Shown here piece by piece: positions 24,701 through 35,839 of a stretch of 64,000 nucleotides of DNA. The stretch spans positions 6,016,001 through 6,080,000 of the forward strand of contig NC_086101.1 in assembly GCF_963921235.1 (NCBI RefSeq). Direction: 5' to 3'. The notes beneath the pieces were generated by a model. That model made no database searches, was not told the DNA's origin, and worked only from the letters and a program-made list of their open reading frames with translations. This DNA comes from Mobula hypostoma (lineage: Eukaryota). The stretch's first letter is position 1, and every line of letters starts with the position of its first letter. The translations under genes and the position numbers were made by a program.

Positions 24701-27549
24701 TAGTGAAAAAGAGAGGCAAAAAAGAAAAAAATAGTGAGATAGTGTACATGGGTTCAGTGTCCATTCAGAATCCTGGTGTCAGAAGGGAAGAAGCTGTTCC
24801 TAAAACGATGTGTGTGTATCTTCAGGTTCCTGTACCTCCTCCTTGACGGCCTCAGTGAGAAGAGGTGATGTGGATCCTTTATGACAGATGAGGCCTCACC
24901 TTTTGAAGATCTCCTCAATGCTGGGGAGGCTGGTGCCCATGATGGGGCTGGCTGGGTTTGCAACGTTCTGCATATTTTTCTGATACTATGCAGTAACCCC
25001 TCTATACCAGATGGTGATGCAACCAGTTAAGATGCTCTCCACAGTACTTTTGTAGAAATTTGTGAATCTTTGGTGACAAACCAAATCTCCTCTAACTCCT
25101 AATGAAATGCAGTCACAAACATGCCTTCTTTGTAACTGCATCACCATATTGGGCCCAGGATAGAATCTTAGAGATGTTGTCTCCCAGGAACATTCTGATT
25201 ACTTTGTGATTGAAATCTTATCTCTACATAAATATTAATACTTGTTTTTATTCCACAGAGATTTCCAGAAACACAGAAAAGGTATACTGTAACTTACTTC
25301 CAGTGTTGATATGAGTTGAAACTTCTATTTCTAACTTGGTTTAACTCCGAGGCAATGGATCACTACTGACATTGTCATCTCTTCCAGAGCAAAGCGACCT
25401 GTGCCAGAGCTGCAGAAGGTTTACCCTTTAATAAATGTGGGGAAGCATGTTGGCTCACTGCAGTACAGAGTGTGGAAGAAGATGCTGACCATCATCAATG
25501 CAGGTGGGGTGGAGACTTCGTGATGCAGCTCTTAAACCTCTCATTGATTTGATTTCAATTGATATTTTTGCCAATTTACAGCATTACTTGACTTGTAGCT
25601 TTTAATGGGTAAATCCCTGGGGCCAGAAATCTCGTTGAAGCATGAAGGAGCAGATGTGGGGAACGCTGACCTCGTGATGTCTGTTGGCCTGGTGGCAGTC
25701 TGTCGAATGTTGGTTATTTGCACATGGCTCGTCCATGCCCGTGTTATTTCCTGTTGGCAGTGCAGACTTTGTAGGTGGGATGGACTGATAAGAAATGTGA
25801 TGGTCAGGAGGCAGAGACTTCACTTGAGAATAACTGACATTATTCATCTATCTCTTCACAGTTCTAGTCATCCTTTACCCCAGTGATCATTTCAAAGGAG
25901 AAATGAAAGGATTCTTGAGCAGTTTCAGATAAAAGTTAGTGTGAGTGGTGTGTGTGTGACTGCATGTTCAAAGACTCAGGACAAACACAAGAAACTAGTC
26001 TCTGATCTCTTGTGCTTTCAGTTTCTGTGATTTACACCCTCCTCCACCGTCTCCACCGCCATGCACCGACATTCACCATCCATTTGCAGTCATTTGGAAT
26101 TAAAGAGGCTGTGTGTGTTGCTTCTTCAACTGTGCCTGTTTCCACCTATAGCACACCTTCTCACTTTCCTGCTGTCGGAACAAGGCAAACCCGCATAGCT
26201 GTTAAATGAGGAAAACTGCAGATGTTCACTTTTCCTTCCCCAAATTAATCCGACCACTGTACGGAAGGGGGGTTCCCTCTCACCAGGGCTGAAGACCAAG
26301 GTGGTTTCTTTACCATGGAATTGAGTGCAGTTCCACAGAATGTCCTGAGAGCATCTCCAGTTAGTTTTGGAGAAATGAGAATTTGGAAAGGGCTCTTTAA
26401 TGGAATGCAGTCAGCTGTGAGGTGTGATGTCAAAGGGGCCTCAGATCCTTTACAATCTGTATGAATGATTTGATGTGACAGTGGGGTGCAAAGTATCCAA
26501 GTCTGCTGATGAAACAGACCGAATTTCCATTGTGGGCTGTGAGAAAGATGCAGAGGGATGTCAGGATGACGGACAGTTGACATTGCAGGTCTGGAGCTTT
26601 CATCAGGACAGAGGGACAGAGGGAATGGAGGGTGATGACCAGTGTTGAGAGATGTGGGGAAGGGCTGGATCAGGAGGTATCAATGCCACTGGGGGTGCAT
26701 GTGTACAGCTGTCCTTTGAGCACTCTCCAACTCAGACACGGCCTTTCTGTGTTGCACATGACCTCACACAGAGCCTCTGGTCTTTCTGCGCACGCTCTCT
26801 GCCTTTCACTCTCCCCCAGCTGCATCGGGTAGGAACGTGCTCTCCTTTACCTGTTGTGCAGGTGGGGAGCAGACCGGTCATCGGTCTGTCTCTGTGTTTA
26901 GATCTTTGGATCCCTACTGATTCCACAGCCGCCAATGTGCTGTCGGGAGGGTGGTGAGTGTGACTGACTGACATTCTGTGTCCATCTGTTCCCAGCTCCA
27001 GTCATCCTTGACCCCAACACAGCCAGTCCGTATCTTCTGCTGTCCGATGATCTGAGAAGTGTGAGATACACCGGGAAACGGAGGGACCTTCCCAGGAACC
27101 CACAGAGGTTTGATCCCTGTGTGTCTGTCCTGGGATCAGAAGGATTCACATCAGGAAGACATTCCTGGGAGGTGGACGTGGGGAATAAGACTAACTGGGA
27201 CATTGGCATAGCCAAGGATTCCATCAACAGGAAGGGGGATATCATCCTGAATCCGGATAATGGATATTGGGCGGTGGCACTGAGAAATGGGACAGAGTAC
27301 TCGGCCTGTACTCAGCCATGGAAACGCCTAGCACTGAGTGTTCACCCGAGAAAGATCCGGATCTGCCTGGATTATGAAGGAAGGAAAGTGTCCTTTCATG
27401 ATGTGGATAACCAGTCCCACATCTACACTTTCATTGCTACATTTACTGGGAAACTATATCCTTACTTCTCTCCATATCTTAATTCTGACGGCAAGAATTC
27501 TGACCCACTGATAATCTGTCACCGCAGAGTAACAATCCAGGAGAATTAA
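12420..27549 (+). CDS. TRIM E3 ubiquitin ligase (RING-Bbox2-coiled coil-PRY/SPRY; TRIM35/TRIM39/A33-like), 6 coding exons, 462 aa
   Basis: join(12420..12785,22115..22210,22486..22719,25259..25281,25388..25503,26996..27549) = 1389 nt in one open frame; all introns GT-AG with compatible phases; 96/234/23/116-bp internal exon pattern typical of PRY/SPRY TRIMs. Confidence 0.93.
14190..14395 (+). mobile_element. HE1/V-SINE-like fragment (others at ~13730-13880 and 21290-21440)
   Basis: core TCTCCCTGTGACTGCGTGTGTTTC..TGCTCCAGTTTCCTCCCACAATCCAAAGAC plus CR1-like tail GGGCCAGAAGGG. Confidence 0.7.
16130..20680 (-). mobile_element. L1-clade LINE, 5'-truncated in ORF1, decayed, antisense in TRIM intron 1
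   Basis: ORF1 C-terminus (PRTILARIHHFQVKELIL...IFPDY...LRYPARL), APE endonuclease (SWNVKGL...IFLQETH), RT (LDAQKAFD, QGCPLS), C-terminal CHRC..H knuckle; internal deletion near 18380. Confidence 0.92.
18501..18935 (+). mobile_element. CR1 LINE 3' fragment inserted in the L1 ORF2
   Basis: [11 protein letters not shown]...FFSQRVVNLWNLLP with (TCTTATGG)n tail; the L1 frame WHFNPSLLTDKKF|IEY is continuous across it. Confidence 0.92.
22115..22210 (+). CDS. TRIM exon 2 (coiled coil, 96 bp)
   Basis: ctcttgcag|GAAGAA...ATTCAG|gtacat; EELKTSLKPILDKKEECAVVKSDYEKTLKHIQ. Confidence 0.9.
22486..22719 (+). CDS. TRIM exon 3 (coiled coil, 234 bp)
   Basis: ttttccaaag|GACCAG; DQGEMAEKQIKAEFETLRRFLRDQE...DSIKFLT; donor ACA|gtacct (non-consensus beyond GTA). 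Confidence 0.85.
24572..25190 (-). mobile_element. Rex1/Babar-type LINE 3' fragment in TRIM intron 3
   Basis: IKDPHH..PSRRRYRNLKIHTHRFRNSFFP; (ATTCTG)n tail. Confidence 0.85.
25259..25281 (+). CDS. TRIM exon 4 (23-bp micro-exon)
   Basis: tttttattccacag|AGATTTCCAGAAACACAGAAAAG|gtatac; RFPETQK(R); supplies the phase needed between exons 3 and 5. Confidence 0.82.
25388..25503 (+). CDS. TRIM exon 5 (linker, 116 bp)
   Basis: ctcttccag|A GCA AAG...; AKRPVPELQKVYPLINVGKHVGSLQYRVWKKMLTIINA (typical GxLQYxVWK motif); donor G|gtgggg. Confidence 0.9.
26996..27549 (+). CDS. TRIM exon 6: PRY/SPRY (B30.2)
   Basis: tgttcccag|CT CCA; APVILDPNTASPYLLLSDD...CVSVLGSEGFTSGRHSWEVDV...LDYEGRKVSF...LYPYFSP; TAA ends at 27549. 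Confidence 0.95.
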
Positions 27550-27561
27550 GATCCAACCTGG

Positions 27562-27567
27562 AATAAA
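27562..27567 (+). terminator. candidate polyadenylation signal of the + strand TRIM gene
   Basis: AATAAA just after the stop codon; actual usage unknown. Confidence 0.4.
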
Positions 27568-30229
27568 ACAGTAGCCAGCATCGGGTACAACATTCCCAGA
27601 CCTTGTATTGATAGGGAGCCCTCACAGGAAACCCAGAGAGAATTAGAAGTCTGCAATGAGTAGCCGATATTCTGCCCCAGGACTCAGCGGGACAGTGTGG
27701 GGACCTGGCAGTGGTGCAGGTTCTGGGAGACCTCTCTGACATCAACAGGGAGAGTCTGGAAAACCAGGAGCAGAAATCCCAGTTGTATTGCACAGTCTGT
27801 GCCTTCATTCAAATTATTTGTTCATATGCTGACCACAGAACTGTTGGTGCTTCTAGACGTTCAACCCCTCGTTGACATTAAAATGAAGGCAGCATATTCC
27901 TGTAGATGTGTCCACTACATCCCCTGGCATGTTCCAATGACTTGACCCCCTAGTCCTGTTCATAAGAGGATTCCAATGTCTCATGTGACTCTCTGTGAAG
28001 TGTAATCCCACTTCACCTCTGACACAAATAGGCAATTCCTTATCATGAAACTGCAACCCCCTGGTTTCTGATTGCCCTTGAGAGACAATGTCTACTCAGC
28101 ATCTCTTCTGTTTTATGTTCTGCAGAGTCTTATATATTTCAGAAATGTCATCTCCCGCTTTTATAATCCCAAAAAGTGTCAGGGTACATAGCTTGACAAT
28201 TCCTCATAAAGTAGCACTCCATCCTAGGAAACAACCCAGAGGCCTTCCTCTGCATTATCAACTTCTCTGCTCTTTTATATAACACCTCACTGAATAGCCA
28301 GCACACTCACTGGTTCATCTTTATCCATCCTGTTTGTTGGATCCAAACAAAATGCTCCAAATCTTTTACAAAATTTTATTTTCATGCTTTATATTGTGGG
28401 AATTGCAAACAATCTTCTGCTTGCTGCATCCACACACAAAATAAAACCACATCATGTTGTAAAAGATGATTTATTATCTTTATTCTGGGAATCTTGAACA
28501 ATTTGATTAAGGTTGTGACATTTTGCGTGTACCTTTCACTAGAGTGTTGCAATAAAACAGAAAGTGATTTCCTCCTTGTTCTGTGTGGTTGCTTCCTACT
28601 CAACAGGCATGCATTCAGATTATGTTTGGGGTCACGAGACATTATTTGGCTCAGGTCCTGTATGTTCAACGGTTCAAACATTGATCTATTCTCAAAGCAT
28701 GTATCCATATACAACTCTGAAATTTGTAATCTCCAGCTAGCCACGAAACAAAGAAAGAACAGGAATGACATTCAGAGAGAAACATCAAACTCACCCCCTG
28801 TACAATAAAAGAACAACATTGACCCCCCCCCAAAAAAAAACCCTGCTGCATAGAAAAACAAGCAGGAACATCAGCCCCCCCCCAAAAAAACCCCTCCCCC
28901 GCACAAAAAACTAACAGATCATCAACCCACAAACACCCTCCCCTCATGCAACAAAACAGAAAGGAACAGGTAATAAAAACACACATAAAGCCCATAAGTC
29001 TGAATAAGTCCACAGTCCAGAAACGCAATGGTCCAATCCATAAACACAGAACCATGATACTATCCTCATCGAGAAAGAGGGACACCACACGAGGCAGAGA
29101 CCCTACCTGCCTACCACAGCGATAGGCCACTCACAGACTCCTTCTCCAGCAGTGATCAAAAGGCAGGCAGTCGACACCGAAACTCTTACTCCCTCACCCT
29201 CCGCGTTCGTCTCGATGTTTCAATCTTTTTCAACGCTTTAATCGGTGATTAACGTACACTTTGAATGGCAAAATGGAATAGAAGTTGAACAGTCCTACAA
29301 AACTGATTCCAATATATTCTCAGGTTGTGATGGTGTCAGTTCATGTGATTTTTATTATAGAATTACAAAGAAGTACAGCACAGAAACAGGCCCTTTGACC
29401 CATCTAGTACCTTGTGAAACAATTTAAACTACCTTTTCCCATTGACCCGCACCGGGATCACAGCTTATATCTTTGGGATTCACAATAATTGTCTAAGTGG
29501 AATTGAATGAGAGGGACTGCAGGGTTATCAGGAATGTTGAGGGTGTTTATACTCTTTTTCAAAGGACATAAATGATGAGGTGACATAATTCTGTGCTACG
29601 AGGTTCCCTGAACAATGAATTAGATTTTTTTGAAGCATCTAGGGGGTTGGTCGGCCCAACAAGACCATGCCAGCTCTCTGCAGGAGTGAAGGAATCAGTT
29701 CTGTTCCCTGGGTGTTTCTCGGTGATCCTGAATTTTTCTACACTTTCATGCATTCACATGGCACTCTAAAATCTGCGGCAGTCTCAGTTCCTGGCCCACC
29801 TTATGCAGCCAGGTCCGTATCCCGGCCATTGGCTGCATGAGATATCCTTTCTATGTGTCTTCTACTCACAAATCTGAAATTTCAAACTTTTAGAGAGCAA
29901 GAATGAAACCACCATCACAGCAGCTTTAACTGGTGCAGTTTCTACCACAAAGACAATCACCACAACTCTGGTCTGTAATGGAGGCTGTCATCAGAGCAGA
30001 CGCAATGTGTTGGAACTCCTCCCAACTAATTGTCCAATTCTGTAAAGTCATTTGGATCTGGTCTGGGTCCAGCTCCTCTTTCCTGTTTGTTCCCCATAAC
30101 AACATGGATCAAAACTCATCCAATGCAACCCTGTGTGTATTAAAATATGGAGGCCATCACCGAAAAAGGCCCTTTGGCTCACATTGCCCATGCCATCCAT
30201 GATCTCAAGTTAAACTGTACATCTGCCTG

Positions 30230-30560
30230 TATTCTCCATTCCTATATCCCTCCTCCTCTCTCTCTTCATTCATTCGACCCTTCATTCCTCTATCCCTCTA
30301 TTCCTCCATCTCTCCTTAATCTGATCCTCAGTTCCTCTGTCTCTCTGTTCTACCCCCAATTTGTCTGATCTTCTGCTCCTCTATCTATCCATTTCGCTAT
30401 CCATTACTCTAACCTTTCATTCCTCTATGTATCTGTTCCTCTGTATCTCCATTCCTCTGACCCTCCTTTCCCTGAAACCCTCCTTTCATCTGAATCCCTC
30501 CATCCCATTATCTCTCTATTCCTCCATATCTCCATTCCTCAACCTATCTGTTCCTTTTCT
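30230..30560. repeat. CT-rich low-complexity tract
   Basis: degenerate TCTA/TCC repeats. Confidence 0.7.
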
Positions 30561-30674
30561 ATTCAGGACCTTGCCAAAATGTATCTTAAACCTTGATGTG
30601 GCATCCATCACCCTATCCAAACTTCACTTAAACTGTCCGGAAGACCAGCGGACTCTGCCTCAGAACTGATAGAC

Positions 30675-31160
30675 ATTCTTTTAGAATGGAGATGAGGAGG
30701 AATTTCTTTAACCAGGGAGCAGCAAACCTGTCGAATTCTTTACCACAGGCAACTGTGGAGGCCGAATCTTTATGTATATTTAAGTCAGAAGCTCATAGAT
30801 TCTTGATTGGTCAGGACATGAATCTATATGGGGAGAAGGCAGCAGATCGGGGCCGAGAGGAAAATTGGATCAGCCATGATGAAATGGTGGAGCAGACTCA
30901 ATGGGGCAAATGGCCTAATTCTGCTCCAATAACATGGTCTCACGGTCTTAAATATTGATATCGAGCTTTCCTACTTCTATCTTATCTATCCCTTTCAAAA
31001 TTTTGTACGTTTCTATAAGATCCCCTCTCATTCTTCTGAATTCCAGAGAGTATAGTCCCAGGCGACTCAATCTCTCCTCATAGGTTAACTCCTAAATTTT
31101 GAAAGGGATAGATAAGATAGAAGTAGGAAAGTTGTTTCCATTGGGAGGTGAGACTAGATT
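30675..31160. mobile_element. CR1 fragments including a fold-back
   Basis: 30675-30955 (+) 3' end; 30966-31090 (-) and 31094-31160 (+) share a perfect 38-bp inverted repeat. Confidence 0.8.
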
Positions 31161-33059
31161 TCTGATGTTATTCAGAGCAGTGAACAGACTGAACTGAGGG
31201 AGGATAGAAGGGGTTGGGAATAAATCGCCGTGTAGAACAGGAGGGTGGTCCTAAGTAAACAGACATCTAGCCTGTGAGCAGCTTTAAAACTGAGTTTGGA
31301 AGGATTCGAGATCAGGCATGTCCTTGTTGGAGTGAACAGAAAGACTGGAGGGATAAGGAAACCACGTCTGCCATTCTGCCCACACTGTCTATGCTGACCA
31401 TGATGTCATCACACTTGCCTGCAAATGATCCATATCCTCCATTCCCTGTCTGTTCATTTCCCTGTTTAAACGTCTGTTAACCATCACGATCGTATCTGCT
31501 TACAACACTCCCCATCTCGGCCGCGCATTCCAGGAAGAGATCACTCATTGTGTCCAAAAACATGCCTTGAACATCTCAGTTCAAGATTGACCCTCCTACT
31601 TTAAAGCTTTACCCTTCACGTCGTGTCCTCAGGGAGATTACACTGACAGAGACTGTCTCATAATTAGAAGAATAAGAGGTGGTCTCACTGGCACAGACAC
31701 AGTCTCACTGGGTATTGACAGGGTAGAGGCAGGAATGATGTTTCCCCTGGATGGGCTGTGGAACCAGGGTCACAGACTCACAATCAGAGGTCACCTCAGC
31801 AGGACTGAGATGGACAAAAATTCCTCACCCGGTGTGTGGTGAGTATTTGGAATTCTCTACGGAACATTTCTGGATTTAAAGTGAACGGTGATGATGGGAT
31901 GATGCAAGATATTGGCACTGAGGTCAATGATCAGCAATGTTCTAAGTGAAGGGCAGAGCAGGAGCAAGGGGTCGAATGGCCACTCCTGCTCCTGTTTCTC
32001 ATATTTCTTGAAACACAAATCGATCTTTATGTCGTTTAATTTTTTGGTCTTCAATCTGCTGGATTATACAGGGGAGCGGTAACCAATGCACTCTGTGTAG
32101 AGCATCCTCTGTACCCCGTATTGACTGTATTCACTCCACTGTCTCCAACGCATGTAACAGTATGCAGAGTTTGTTGTATTCATTGTTTTTGTATCCAGTG
32201 AGAAACACGTCTGTGTAAGCGCCCGGGACACTTTACTGCATTTACACAGCGACTGTACCTGAATACCAGTTGTTGTTGTTGACTGCTGCGTCCAAAGCTG
32301 CTGAACATAGAACATTGCACAATACAGCACAGGAACAGGCCATTCGGCCCACAAGTCTGTGCTGAACATTGTGCCAATTCAATCTCATCCCATCTGCTTG
32401 TACACGGTCCACAACCCTCCATTCCCTGTCTGTTCATGTGTCTGTCTAAATGCCACTGAAATGTTGTTGTTGTATCTGTTTCCACCACCTCCCCTGACAG
32501 CACGTTCCGGGCATCTGCCATTCTCTGTGTAAAACAAACTTGTCTCAATCTCCTCTAAATCTTCTCCTCTCCTTATATTTACTCCCTGTTGTATTTGACA
32601 TTCTCACACTGAGGAGAAAAAGGCTCCGACTGTCTATAATGTGTCAGTTGTTGTTGACTATTTCCTCGATAGATGCTGAAGCACCGTGTTCCCAGATTTC
32701 TGCAGCTTGTGATTCCCTCAGTCTGTAATGCCCCCTCCCTGGTAAGGAGAGGGGGTGTGGAGCAGAGTAATTCCCCACAACTCCTGCTGGACAGTGTGGA
32801 GCAGCGAGTGTGCACTTGACATCTGTTGACACATTCAGTACCGACTGGGTGAAAGCAGAGTGTGAGAGCGAATAACGAAATACTTTATCATCAAAGTAAA
32901 TTTGTCATCAAAGTAAATTTATGTCACGATAGATGACCACCTTGTCATTCATTTTCTTGCCAACGTTTACAGCAAAATGAACAAATACAATAGAATTTCA
33001 GAAAAAAATATATATAAATATTAAGAAACGAACGTGCAGAAGACAATTCGCGCAAATAG

Positions 33060-34050
33060 ACATCGAATCATACAGCACTACAGAACTGAACCAGGCCCTT
33101 CAGCACATCTAGTCCGTGCCGAACTGTTTATCGGCCTAATCCCTTTGCCCTGCACCTGGAACATAGCCCACAAGACGCTTCTCAATTACTTTTAAATGTT
33201 GAAATCGAATCACTTCCGCTGGCAGCTCGTTCCGTACTCACAACACCCTCTACATGAAGATGTTCCTCTTCAGATTCCCCGTGAATATTTCACCCTTCAC
33301 CTGTAACCTATGAACTCTAGTTGCACTCTCATCCGGACACAGTGGAAACGCCTGCATGTATTTACCCTATATATACTGCACCACTCATAATGTTGTATAT
33401 GTCTATCAAATCAGTCTTCAGTCACCTAAGCTCCAGGGAATTATGTCCTAACCTATTCAACCTTTCTCTGTAGCTCAGGTCCTCAAGTCCTGGAAACATC
33501 CTCGTAAAGTTTCGTTGTACTCTTCCGATTTTTCGATCTGCACTCTTTGCTGTACGTAGCTGACCAGAATTTCACACAATACTCCCAAACACCAACACCT
33601 TATACAATTTCAACACAACATCCCAACTCCTGCACTCAAAACGTTCTTTGTTTGATACAAGGGCAATAAGCCAAAAACGCCCTTTTCACTCTTTCTATGC
33701 GTGACACAACTTTCAGGGAATTCTGGATCTGTGTTCCCAGATCCCTCTGTTGTACTGCACTCCTCAGTGCACTAACACTCACCTTGTAAATCCTACCCCG
33801 GATTGTCCTCCAGAATGTGCAACACCTCACTTTTGTGCATTAAATTCCATCTGCCATTTTCAGCCCATTTTTTTCCAGTTGGTCCAGATCTCCCTGTAAA
33901 TGTTGGATGGTCTTCCTTGTCGTCCACTATGCCACAAATCTGGTGACTCAGTTTAGCACATTATCATCCAGATCATTGATATTGAAGACAAATAACAATG
34001 TACCCAGCACCGATCCCCGGGGCACATCACTAGTCACAGGCGTCCAGTCG
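33060..34050 (-). mobile_element. CR1 3' fragment, decayed
   Basis: QRDLG, PGIGAG (QGSVLG-like) remnants, CR1 tail near 33065. Confidence 0.8.
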
Positions 34051-34206
34051 GAGAGAGGCAAACAAAAGGCAAATAAATAAATAACTTACAGCGTTCTTGA
34101 AAACTGGTGGAATCAGTTCAGAGTTGAGGTGATTGAATTTATCCTTGGCAGTTCAGGAGGCATGTGGGTAAACTTATTGTCGAAGTATAAAAACATGGCC
34201 AAGGTT

Positions 34207-34713
34207 TTATTGTTCATGGAATGTGGGGATTGACAGCAGGAGCAATATTTACTGCCCCAGACTGTCCTGCAGAAGGTCAAAATAAGCGACTTCAGCTGCT
34301 CCAGTCAATGTGGTATCATCCATTTAAACCAATATCTGACAATTCAGTTCTATTAACTGAAGAAGTGATTGGATAATGACCATATTAATCACTAATAAAC
34401 ACGAATGATAAGAGTGAAAATCCCCACCGACCCATCAGTTCGATCTTTCTCCTGTTTCTTTCCCTTGGAGTTCTGGATTATACTGACACCGCTGTTGCTC
34501 CCGGGTCACTGAAGGTATCTAACATCGGAATCTGTCAATTCTCTCTGCTCCAGTTTCCCTTTCTCCAGAGAACGGTCCTGGCTAATTAACATATCGGCCG
34601 TTCCTTCCTGGTCGAGGAGTCCAAATCTCGCTGCCCAGCAACAATTTGGGAACTCGTTCTCCAGACAGTAAATGTTGGACCTGCTAGCGATGCCCGCATC
34701 CAGTGAGCAATAA
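34207..34713. repeat. unclassified ~500-bp unit bounded by degenerate 48-bp inverted arms; second copy at ~100-562
   Basis: arms 34207-34254 and 34666-34713 match 36/48; interior is colinear with 100-562. Confidence 0.7.
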
Positions 34714-35384
34714 ATTCCTGCTCCCGTTCCAGCAGAGAGTTGCAAAATGTGTATCTGCTCTTCATGCAGTACTGGTGTACATCTGCAGGCGGTGATCCTG
34801 TACCATGAATCTGCACATTTCTTTTGGGCTGGTCGCCGTCGCCATGGTCTGGTTCAAAGCGGCACAGCTATGAACTGAACTTTCTCACATCCATCAGCTG
34901 CCACAACGAGGACCCACTTAGAACTGAGAAGCAACACCTCATGTTCCATCTGGGTAGCCTCCAACATGATTGCATGAGCATTAATTACTCCAACATTCAG
35001 TAATTTTTCCGCTCGCCCTTCTCACTTATTCCATTCACCATTCTAGTTGCCCTCTCAGCCCTTCTCTTCTCCTAAACACCTCCCTCTGGTGTCCCTCCTC
35101 TCCTTTCTTCCATGGTCCACTCTACTCTATCAGATTCCTTCTTCTGCCCTTTACCTTTAAAGGATATGGAGAGAAATGCTGGAGGAATTCAGCAGATCAG
35201 GCAGTCATTCAACTATACACAGCTATAGGGCTAAAGGAAACATCTTTCCTCTGGGTCCACAGTCCCTATAGTCAGAATCAGCACCTACAGTTACAATACG
35301 AGACATATAGTTATTTTAAAGCACAATATAGTCACAACATACAGTCTATGGGCACAAGTCCCTGAGCAGCAGGGCCTGAAGATT

Positions 35385-35830
35385 CAGATACAAGATTGTT
35401 CAATGTCACTTCGAGTACACAAATGTAAAGGTGAATGAAATAATTGTTACTCCAGATCCAATGCAGCAGATAAAAACACATTACGTTAAAGAACAAAATA
35501 AAAAAACACAGTAAATTTAAACACATATAGCTTATATACATAGACTGGATGCACCTAAAGGGATGTCTGTACATAATGTGACTCTGGCGGGAAATGATAA
35601 AGTATTGATGGTTGGGGTGTGGAGAGATGGGTTAGTGGGTGGAGTTGTTGATCAGGGTTAGTTACTGCTTGGGCAAAGATAGTGTTTTTGATTCCTGTCA
35701 TTCTGATGTGGATACTACAGAGCCTCGTTCCTGATGGGAGTGGAACAAACAATCCATGAGCAGGGTGGGTGGGATCCTTCCCCATGTTACTGCTCTTCTC
35801 TGGTAGCTTTCTGCAGAAAGGTCCTTGATG
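35385..35830 (-). mobile_element. Rex1/Babar-type LINE 3' fragment
   Basis: KDPTHPAHGLFVPLPSGTRLCSI plus 3' UTR. Confidence 0.75.
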
Positions 35831-35839
35831 TTCCATAAA

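Noticed and set aside
26245..26583. Possible extra TRIM linker exon (GEMRIWKG on +)
   Set aside because: No convincing splice sites, runs into a decayed CR1 RT remnant, and the gene model is complete without it
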